Made by a program: the position numbers and the translations under genes | Source of the DNA: a virus | Taxonomy: Duplodnaviria; Caudoviricetes | Virus record (IMG/VR): IMGVR_UViG_3300023178_000006 | Length of the DNA stretch: 64,000 nucleotides | Reading direction: 5' to 3' (one strand) | Notes under the pieces: generated by a model | What the model was told of the DNA's origin: nothing | The model's input: only the letters and a program-made list of their open reading frames with translations | Database searches by the model: none | In this document: positions 51,081 through 58,278 of the stretch, one piece after another | Numbering within the stretch: position 1 is the first letter of the stretch | Layout of the letters: each line of letters begins with the position of its first letter

Positions 51081-51593
51081 TTATGCAGCTTCACAAAAAT
51101 ATTGTTTCAATTCGTCAGAAGATAGAATAAGTCCATCTTTCATAGTGAAAGAAGAAGAATAGAACTTCCTCTCGTTGTTTGGTAGCATAGTCCAAGTTTC
51201 AAATTTAGACTTAATCTCAGACCTCATATAACCAAACTCTTCGTTTGGAGTTTTCTTAGTGGCAATAAGACCATACTCAGCTGGAGTTATCATGATGGGA
51301 GTTTCCCAACCCTCGAAGTGGTCTTCCATTTTGAAGTCACACTCATCGAACAACTCCATAGAAAGGATATACTCCTTCGAAGCATCGTTAGAATAACACA
51401 CGTGGTCTTCCAGCATTTGCCAGAAATCTTTTGATTGCGCCTGTTCTAGGTTACAATCAACCACATACCCAGTACCACCCTTGTACTTCCAGTAGGCATC
51501 ATCACCTGTACCAAGGTTGCCCTCAGCATCCCAAGCGTAGTTTTCCATGTATTGTGTTTGAATAACGATTTTCATAATATTTCCTTTTCCCAT
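51081..51593 (-). CDS. Hypothetical early protein, 170 aa
   Basis: MK.VIQTQY.ENY....YWK.KGG..Y motif seen in phage early genes; probable start at the MKIVIQ Met; directly downstream of an early promoter. Confidence 0.65.
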   Translation of the reverse strand: MGKGNIMKIVIQTQYMENYAWDAEGNLGTGDDAYWKYKGGTGYVVDCNLEQAQSKDFWQMLEDHVCYSNDASKEYILSMELFDECDFKMEDHFEGWETPIMITPAEYGLIATKKTPNEEFGYMRSEIKSKFETWTMLPNNERKFYSSSFTMKDGLILSSDELKQYFCEAA

Positions 51594-51604
51594 TTACGTT
51601 GACC

Positions 51605-51633
51605 ATTATACCACAGGTAATTGTAATTGTCAA
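51605..51633 (-). promoter_or_regulatory. Early sigma70-type promoter
   Basis: TTGACA (51633-51628), 17 nt, TGG-TATAAT (51610-51605). Confidence 0.85.
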
Positions 51634-51662
51634 CTATTTTTTTAAACTTTTTTGTTATAAGG

Positions 51663-51980
51663 TTATTCCCAAACAAAGTTTTCCCAAGGTTCATAACAAC
51701 CAGCAACTCCAATTGCTGAATTATCACAACCTCTGTTATCATCAAAAATCTCTAACTTGATTTTGTCAAACATATCTTTTGTCAGTTTGACCATGTTGAC
51801 ATTTTCCATAAAGATACATGATTCATAATCAATAGACATAGGCTTTACGTCGATATGATTTTCGCCAAACTCTTTAATCATTCCAACATATCTCTTACCA
51901 TTCAGTAAAAACTGACACTGTTCGAAAGTATCACCAAATGTTTCTTCACCAAGTTTGGTCCATTTTTCAAATAATTTCAT
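51663..51980 (-). CDS. Hypothetical protein, 105 aa
   Basis: GAGG RBS; TAATG coupling. Confidence 0.6.
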   Translation of the reverse strand: MKLFEKWTKLGEETFGDTFEQCQFLLNGKRYVGMIKEFGENHIDVKPMSIDYESCIFMENVNMVKLTKDMFDKIKLEIFDDNRGCDNSAIGVAGCYEPWENFVWE

Positions 51981-52279
51981 TAAGCAACCTCTCTATAACC
52001 AGCAGCTTTACCATAAAAGCCAAGTTTTTCTAATTTTAAAACAATTTCGTTAAAAGCCGCACCTTCAGAATCTTGCGGATAGATACCCACTGTCATTGGG
52101 TCATCAATGAATAATTGACATTGTTCCCAAGTTGGGTTTTGATTGATATAATCGTTGATGATTTTCTTTCCTTTTTCAAAAAGATTCTCATCTCTAGTTC
52201 TGACCTCAAAGTCAGTGATTTCATAACCGTCCATAGTCAAAGATGGTTCCGGTTGGTTTCCTAATATTCTTATTTCCAT
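51980..52279 (-). CDS. Hypothetical early protein, 99 aa
   Basis: AAGGAG RBS, first gene after an early promoter. Confidence 0.7.
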   Translation of the reverse strand: MEIRILGNQPEPSLTMDGYEITDFEVRTRDENLFEKGKKIINDYINQNPTWEQCQLFIDDPMTVGIYPQDSEGAAFNEIVLKLEKLGFYGKAAGYREVA

Positions 52280-52309
52280 TTTTACTCCTTTTCCTTAATT
52301 TATATGTAT

Positions 52310-52338
52310 ATTATACCAAATCAAAGTGAATTTGTCAA
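52310..52338 (-). promoter_or_regulatory. Early sigma70-type promoter
   Basis: TTGACA (52338-52333), 17 nt, TGG-TATAAT (52315-52310). Confidence 0.85.
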
Positions 52339-52496
52339 CTGTTTTTGTGAAAAAAGTGCAACTTTTTTTCAATTCCTTCATAGAAGCCTTTTAAAAAATG
52401 GAAGGTATTCTATATGGCTTGAGAATTATGTTCTATCTTGATGGTCTGAGGGCTTCGTATGATGCTATTATATTATCACTATGGTTCTTTAGTTAT

Positions 52497-52504
52497 TATA
52501 AATA
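52497..52504 (+). promoter_or_regulatory. T4-type late promoter heading the csg operon
   Basis: Exact TATAAATA 46 nt upstream of the ATG at 52550. Confidence 0.7.
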
Positions 52505-52549
52505 GAACATGTATAACCCAGTAGGGCTAATACAAATAACAGGGATTAT

Positions 52550-52846
52550 ATGGAATCAGTACTACAATTAATATCCGAGCTAGGTTTACCTATTGCTGGT
52601 GCATTAATTATGGGATTCTTCATCTTCATTATTATTAAACAAATTTTTGAAGGAATCATTGATAGCATTAATACTTTAAATATGTTCTGTGAAAGCCTAG
52701 AGAATAGAGCGAGAACTATGTCTAATGAGGTAGTTAAAATCGATTTGCTCGTGTCTAGCGCACTTGGATTAAATCCCGACATCGAGCGTATAGCTCGGGC
52801 AGAAAATTTTATTGAAGACGGAAAACTCGACGTAAGGAGAGACTAA
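52550..52846 (+). CDS. Single-TM plus coiled-coil membrane protein
   Basis: LISELGLPIAGALIMGFFIFIII helix followed by heptad-like segment; paralog of 53048. Confidence 0.65.
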   Translation: MESVLQLISELGLPIAGALIMGFFIFIIIKQIFEGIIDSINTLNMFCESLENRARTMSNEVVKIDLLVSSALGLNPDIERIARAENFIEDGKLDVRRD

Positions 52847-53061
52847 TGCTATTTTGTGGTTATCACTTCAGTTTAAGTGCTGGAGGGGATTTACTGATTT
52901 TTGACGAAGGTGACGGAGAGTTAACCTTAGAAAAGTTTGAGTGGAAACCTGGTGATGAATTCATCGCTTCTCAAACTGAAAATGGTGCTGTAACACTTAG
53001 AAGAAAAGCAGACAGAATATATAATCCAAAACAACTGGATTTATTCGATGGAAGAATTTGA
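52846..53061 (+). CDS. Hypothetical protein, 71 aa
   Basis: TAATG coupling upstream and overlap downstream. Confidence 0.55.
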   Translation: MLFCGYHFSLSAGGDLLIFDEGDGELTLEKFEWKPGDEFIASQTENGAVTLRRKADRIYNPKQLDLFDGRI

Positions 53062-53332
53062 TATTATAACACTCGTTAGTGAGTACGGGTTTCCTACAAT
53101 TATGGTGATTGGGTTAGGATATTTCGTGTACTTTGTTTATAACTTTATACAAGAGAATATTTTACCAACAATCGATAAAATGCATTTTCAATTAATCAAA
53201 GTGATTGATAGAATGAGAATGCTAGACCAGGATTTAATTAGACTGCAAGAGAAGGTAGACGTAGTTTTAAAATATAAAGAAAATGAGAAACTGAGAGAGG
53301 CAGGTGAAAAACATGATAAAAAAGATAATTGA
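53048..53332 (+). CDS. Single-TM plus coiled-coil membrane protein (paralog of 52550)
   Basis: LVSEYGFPTIMVIGLGYFVYFVY helix then coiled coil. Confidence 0.65.
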   Translation: MEEFDIITLVSEYGFPTIMVIGLGYFVYFVYNFIQENILPTIDKMHFQLIKVIDRMRMLDQDLIRLQEKVDVVLKYKENEKLREAGEKHDKKDN

Positions 53333-53819
53333 TGTAATTTTATTATCCGTTCTAACAATTGGTATTGCAAATGCTGAGCCTATTGTTCACAAATTCAAAA
53401 ATCCTAGTTTCAGTGGTGTTGGAACAGGTGCTCATTATCTCACTATTGAGAATCAAGAACATTCACGTAAGAAAGCAATCAAAGATGCATTAGATGCAGC
53501 CGAGAGAGCAGCACAACGAGAAATTGATAATTCAACATTATCAAAATTTATACGAAATTTAGAGAGTAGGATTTACGCTCAGTTAGCAAAACAATTAGTA
53601 GACAATATGTTTTCTAACGACGACCCTGTAAGATTTGGGTCCTTTGTTTTAGAAGGGTCAACAGTTACATATGAAGTTATTACAAACGCTGACGGAACAG
53701 AATTTATTAAAATGACAATTGTAGATGAAGATGGTACTACAACTGTTATTGAAATACCAATTGGTTCAGGTAACTTTGGAAGTGATGGAGATACTGGTGG
53801 GGATGGTGACGGTGGCTAA
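53313..53819 (+). CDS. csgF: Curli assembly component CsgF-like
   Basis: Signal peptide ending IANA; mature N-terminus EPIVHKFKNPSFSG resembles the CsgF F.NP.FGG motif; A..QN-like ENQE; F..NLESRI..QL...L; GSF.LEG.TV. Confidence 0.8.
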   Translation: MIKKIIDVILLSVLTIGIANAEPIVHKFKNPSFSGVGTGAHYLTIENQEHSRKKAIKDALDAAERAAQREIDNSTLSKFIRNLESRIYAQLAKQLVDNMFSNDDPVRFGSFVLEGSTVTYEVITNADGTEFIKMTIVDEDGTTTVIEIPIGSGNFGSDGDTGGDGDGG

Positions 53820-54780
53820 ACTTTTATCCGCTGTATTTTTATCACTATTATTAGCAAGTTGTGCACAGATGCCACAATGGTCTGAAGGACCAGCATATTG
53901 TGAGTATGGTGAAGGAAGATATGCACAAGGATTTAATACCGATTTTGATAATGATGGTATTATAAATGATGATGCTTTAAGTGTTGGAAAACAACTATAT
54001 ACTGGTACTCGTAAGTATATTGAAACAAAACAAATATGTGTTGAGGCACCACAAGTTGTAAGGTTACCATCATATATTGATTTGCTTAATTTACCACCTG
54101 CTAAAAATAAGCCTGTGGTTGCTGTATATCAATTCCAAGATAAAACAGGACAACGTAAAGATTCAGTTACAGGGCAAAGTTTCTCCACTGCGGTAACACA
54201 AGGTGGAACAGAATTATTAATTGACGCACTCAAAACCGCAGGTGATGGTACATGGTTTAGAGTAGTAGAAAGACAAGGTATTGATGCTTTAGTAAGAGAA
54301 CGACAAATTATTCGTTCGGGCAGAGATGAAGCTGCAAAAGCATTAGATGTTGAACCACAAAAATTAGGACCACTTTTATTTGCAGGTATGATAATCGAAG
54401 GTGGTATTATTGGATATGATAGTAATATACAAACTGGTGGACGAGGAGCAAGAACTCTTGGGATTGGATTTAGTAAATCATACAGACAAGACCAAGTCAC
54501 TGTTTCTTTAAGAGCAGTATCTGTTCTCACTGGTGAAGTACTATTAAATGTTCAAACTAAAAAGACAATTTTAAGTTATGGTTCCGGAGGAGATGTATTT
54601 AGATTCATAGAGCAAGGAACGCAATTGATAGAATATGAAGACGGTGTAGGAAATAATGAAAGTGTGACATACGCAGTACGAACAGCAATTGAAGCTGCCG
54701 TATTGGAAATGGTTTATCAAGGTAATCGTCGTGGATACTGGGAGATAGACTGGAATAAAAATGAAGAGGAAAAAGAATGA
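53803..54780 (+). CDS. csgG: Curli secretion channel CsgG-like outer-membrane lipoprotein
   Basis: Lipobox LLASC; VAVY.F.D.TGQ.K, STAVTQG....LIDALK...WF.VVER.G...L..ERQIIR, PLLFAG.IIEGGI.GYD.N..TGG.GAR.LGIG.S..YR.D.VTV.LRAV.V.TGEVL..V.T.KTILS. Confidence 0.92.
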   Translation: MVTVAKLLSAVFLSLLLASCAQMPQWSEGPAYCEYGEGRYAQGFNTDFDNDGIINDDALSVGKQLYTGTRKYIETKQICVEAPQVVRLPSYIDLLNLPPAKNKPVVAVYQFQDKTGQRKDSVTGQSFSTAVTQGGTELLIDALKTAGDGTWFRVVERQGIDALVRERQIIRSGRDEAAKALDVEPQKLGPLLFAGMIIEGGIIGYDSNIQTGGRGARTLGIGFSKSYRQDQVTVSLRAVSVLTGEVLLNVQTKKTILSYGSGGDVFRFIEQGTQLIEYEDGVGNNESVTYAVRTAIEAAVLEMVYQGNRRGYWEIDWNKNEEEKE

Positions 54781-55511
54781 ATAAAAAACTTTTAGGCCTA
54801 AGTTTAGCTTTTATTATGATTCCATTTTTAACATTTGCTCAAGCAACTGATGATAACGAAATCAACATCGAACAGGATGGTGATACTCTTACTTTGTATA
54901 TCGACCAATACGGTTACGGTAACAAAATTGGAGCTGATGATTTTAGTTCATCTTCAAGTGCTATGGTTATAACTGGTTCATCTGTAAATATGAACATTGA
55001 CCAAATTGGTAACTCAAACTTATTATTTGGTCCATTAATTGCAGATAGCTATGTTCTGAATCTATTATTTACTGGTGACAGTAACTCTTGGGATTGGGAT
55101 ATCGGTTATGTTGGTTCTTCAGATAGTTCTACAATGGATGTAGATATTACTGGTGATTCTAACACTATGGATTTTGACCAAGGATACAATGCAAGTGCGG
55201 AAAGATTGGATTTTGATTTAACAGTTATTGGAGACAGTAACATTTTTGATGTTGACATTGACGTTGACGACGCAGTTTGGAATTTCGATATTACTGGTGG
55301 AAGCAACAATATCAATACATTACAAAAGGACGGAGCGGAGCATGAGATTAACTTGACTCACGTAGGTTCTTCTGCTGATATTGATATTAACCAAATCAGT
55401 GGTACATGTCCTACAGGTGTTTCTACTTGTAATGGCATAATTACGTTGGATGTCGATAGTGAAAATGCAACAATTCAGATTAATCAAAAAGATTCATCTA
55501 ACGATTCTTAG
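54777..55511 (+). CDS. Curlin-like secreted beta-solenoid protein 1
   Basis: Sec signal peptide; repeated x-I-x-Q/T-x-G-x-x-N units (INIEQDGD, YIDQYGYGN, NIDQIGNSN, DITGDSN, TVIGDSN, DITGGSN); adjacent to csgG. Confidence 0.7.
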   Translation: MNKKLLGLSLAFIMIPFLTFAQATDDNEINIEQDGDTLTLYIDQYGYGNKIGADDFSSSSSAMVITGSSVNMNIDQIGNSNLLFGPLIADSYVLNLLFTGDSNSWDWDIGYVGSSDSSTMDVDITGDSNTMDFDQGYNASAERLDFDLTVIGDSNIFDVDIDVDDAVWNFDITGGSNNINTLQKDGAEHEINLTHVGSSADIDINQISGTCPTGVSTCNGIITLDVDSENATIQINQKDSSNDS

Positions 55512-56619
55512 CGCATTTCTTTTATTACTACCATTGGGTCTGTCTGCAGCAGACTCAATCGGTAGTATAATTGAACACAAGGGAAGTGCTTCACTTACTC
55601 GTGAACAGGGTGAAGAGCTTGTCGTGAGTGGTTCATTTATACCAGAAGTTGAAATGAACGACACGGCCGAAACAGAAAACGGTCGAATGCTTATCGAATT
55701 CTTAGATAAAGCAGAACTCAGTCTTACAGAAAACACAAAAGTATACATTGATAGAGTATACTACGACCCAGACCCAAGCAAATCAAAAATGGCAATGAGA
55801 ATGGCAATGGGAACTGCAAGGTTCGCATCAGGTCGTTTGGGTATGGTCAACAAAAATAATATAGACATACAAACACCCACAGCTACCATATCAGTTCGTG
55901 GAACAGATTTTACAACAACCATAGATGAATTAGGAAGGTCACTGGTGATACTTTTACCAGACCAATATGGTAATCCATCTGGCACAATAGAAGTTTCAAA
56001 TTTAGGTGGTACGATTGTCTTAGAAGAGGCTTACGCGGCCACTATGGTATCTACATTAGATAGTCCACCGACTCCTAAAGTACAAATAACTAATATAACA
56101 CCAGCGATGATTGATAACATGTTTATCGTTTCTCCTCCACCTGAAGTGAAAGAAGCAATTGACGAAGAAATGCAAGATGACGCAAATGAAGACCAAGGAT
56201 TACTTGACATCGACTTTTTAGAATTCAATGAATTAGAAAAAGATTATCTTGAAGATGACGCATTAGAATTTACTGAACTAGACATTGATTTTCTTGATGT
56301 TGATTTCTTAACAGACGTTTTAGATGTCGTTGAAGAATTAATTAAAACAACTGCAGCACTTGATGATAGAGCTATCTCAGGTACATCTTTAGGAGCTCAA
56401 CTTAAAGGTGCAGCATTTGGACTTAATGCTGATTCTCAATATAATATTTACGAAGACAGTGGTAAGATTATATTTTATAGAAACGTAGAAGGTACGATAC
56501 AACTCGCATTTGCGGTAGATGCTTCAGTTAAAATCGATACTGAAGTGGACGGATATTCTGGTATCATTGACTTGAACCAAGGTCAAGATTCTGTAATAGT
56601 AATTAAACAAGGTGGATAA
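55465..56619 (+). CDS. FecR-domain periplasmic protein with an acidic linker
   Basis: Signal peptide; D...T.NGR..I.F.D...L.L.ENT...ID...G..RF.SG...I.TPTATI.VRGTDF motif of the FecR domain. Confidence 0.8.
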   Translation: MQQFRLIKKIHLTILSAFLLLLPLGLSAADSIGSIIEHKGSASLTREQGEELVVSGSFIPEVEMNDTAETENGRMLIEFLDKAELSLTENTKVYIDRVYYDPDPSKSKMAMRMAMGTARFASGRLGMVNKNNIDIQTPTATISVRGTDFTTTIDELGRSLVILLPDQYGNPSGTIEVSNLGGTIVLEEAYAATMVSTLDSPPTPKVQITNITPAMIDNMFIVSPPPEVKEAIDEEMQDDANEDQGLLDIDFLEFNELEKDYLEDDALEFTELDIDFLDVDFLTDVLDVVEELIKTTAALDDRAISGTSLGAQLKGAAFGLNADSQYNIYEDSGKIIFYRNVEGTIQLAFAVDASVKIDTEVDGYSGIIDLNQGQDSVIVIKQGG

Positions 56620-56627
56620 ATAATAAA

Positions 56628-56852
56628 ATGGAAAAAGAAATACTTAAAATAATTGCAAATCGATGTGATTGCTCTTTAGAAGAAGTCACAAACGAAAAAC
56701 ATATCGTAGATGATTTAAACGCGGATTCATTAAGTGTAGTAGAAATCATTATGGACTTAGAAGCCGAATTTAATATTCAAATTACTGATGAAGAAGCCGA
56801 AGAATTATTAACAGTAAAACAGATTAAAGAATATGTCGAGGTGAATACCTAA
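56628..56852 (+). CDS. acpP: Acyl carrier protein
   Basis: DLNADSLSVVEIIMDLEAEFNIQITDEEAEELLTVKQI with the DSL phosphopantetheine-attachment serine. Confidence 0.9.
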   Translation: MEKEILKIIANRCDCSLEEVTNEKHIVDDLNADSLSVVEIIMDLEAEFNIQITDEEAEELLTVKQIKEYVEVNT

Positions 56853-57226
56853 TGGCAAGTATACATTATCTCAAAAGAACAGCTGGTGAAGCGGTCGTAA
56901 AGATTTACGAAACAAGTAGCAGCGGCGATACAATAGAATTAGATATTGCTAATTTAATTTCAGATGGTCAAACATTTGATGCTAATTCAGCTAACGTCAC
57001 AATTAAAGAAATCTTTTGGGGTGTAAAACATAACCACTATATTGACGTATCTCGTAAAGAACGAGGTGGTTCTAATGTTCATGGTCATTATTATTTAGTC
57101 AATGCAGGTTCATATGATTACGATGGATTTGTAGATGATGTATATTCAGAAAGAAACATACAAGTATTACTTGATGGACCTGGTCATGTCATACTTAAAT
57201 TAAATAAAACAGCTGGTTATAGTTGA
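56852..57226 (+). CDS. Hypothetical protein, 124 aa
   Basis: TAATG coupling to acp; beta-rich. Confidence 0.6.
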   Translation: MASIHYLKRTAGEAVVKIYETSSSGDTIELDIANLISDGQTFDANSANVTIKEIFWGVKHNHYIDVSRKERGGSNVHGHYYLVNAGSYDYDGFVDDVYSERNIQVLLDGPGHVILKLNKTAGYS

Positions 57227-57963
57227 TGGACGAATTTGATAGAAAATTAGATAAATGGTTATTAGGTTTCAGTTGGTGCCTATTGGGAATGTATTTTCTT
57301 TTGGCAACTGGTAAAGCTTATGCAGATAATGTTATAACCATTGAACAAACTGGTGATAATTTAAATTTAGAGATTCAGCAATATGGTGCTGATAACGAAA
57401 TTAAAATGTTAGACCAATATTCGTATATTAACGCGTCATCGTTAGATTTATTAGTTGTTCAATATAATACTGCAGGTAATGATAACACAATAGTATTTGA
57501 TGAAATCAGTGGAACAGGTAACGAATTTAAATTGGGTCAAGGTGTTGCTTTTGATAACACCACACAAGGTTGGAACTATGATGGTGCCGAAGGCGGTGGT
57601 CATTATATGGAAATAGATTTATATGGTAATGATAACTTTGTTGAATGGCATCAAACAAATCAAAGTGATGCAACTGACGGACATGATTTTAACTTACATG
57701 TTGCTGGGTCTGATAATTGGATAGATGGAAGACAACAATCTTCAGGCGCAAAAGAAGCAAACATTACACTTTATAATTCAGACAACGTTTTAACATTTAG
57801 ACAGAAAGGAGCTAACGCAACTCACTCAGCAAATATTACCTTAGATGGTATTTACGGAACGACAGCAACTATTAGACAAAATAGCACAACCAATCAAACA
57901 TACAATTTATCAGTGGATTGTTATACAGTTGGTGGTTGCTCAGTGAATGTGCTACAAGAATAA
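57223..57963 (+). CDS. Curlin-like secreted beta-solenoid protein 2
   Basis: Signal peptide ending AYA; repeats ITIEQTGDN, EIQQYGADN, DLYGNDN, HVAGSDN, TFRQKGAN; C-terminal Cys pair. Confidence 0.65.
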   Translation: MMDEFDRKLDKWLLGFSWCLLGMYFLLATGKAYADNVITIEQTGDNLNLEIQQYGADNEIKMLDQYSYINASSLDLLVVQYNTAGNDNTIVFDEISGTGNEFKLGQGVAFDNTTQGWNYDGAEGGGHYMEIDLYGNDNFVEWHQTNQSDATDGHDFNLHVAGSDNWIDGRQQSSGAKEANITLYNSDNVLTFRQKGANATHSANITLDGIYGTTATIRQNSTTNQTYNLSVDCYTVGGCSVNVLQE

Positions 57964-58277
57964 TGCAAGAGTTAGATGATTTTGGAAATCCAGTAGGAAC
58001 ATTATATCCGGGTGATGAAGGTTGCCCTCAAGATATGATTTGTTTAACCGAAGAAGGATTTAACCAAATGCTTTCTGAAGCTGATATGTATTATAATACA
58101 GAAACATTCCAAGTTGAGCCGATGGGCGATGCTGAAGCAATTATAGATTTCACAACGGATTTATTGTTCTTGGATATTTGGACTATTTTAAATATGGCAG
58201 TACCATTAACAATTTTCGCAGTATATGGTTTAACATTATATGCAGCAGTAAAGTATATCCAAAAGAAGTTTAGTTAA
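57963..58277 (+). CDS. Small membrane protein with a C-terminal TM helix
   Basis: ATG at 57963 (TAATG coupling); acidic N-terminus and hydrophobic C-terminus. Confidence 0.55.
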   Translation: MQELDDFGNPVGTLYPGDEGCPQDMICLTEEGFNQMLSEADMYYNTETFQVEPMGDAEAIIDFTTDLLFLDIWTILNMAVPLTIFAVYGLTLYAAVKYIQKKFS

Positions 58278-58278
58278 A

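Noticed and set aside
52372-52496. AT-rich intergenic stretch as a possible origin or sRNA
   Set aside because: It is explained by divergent early and late promoters; no iterons or strong structure were seen.
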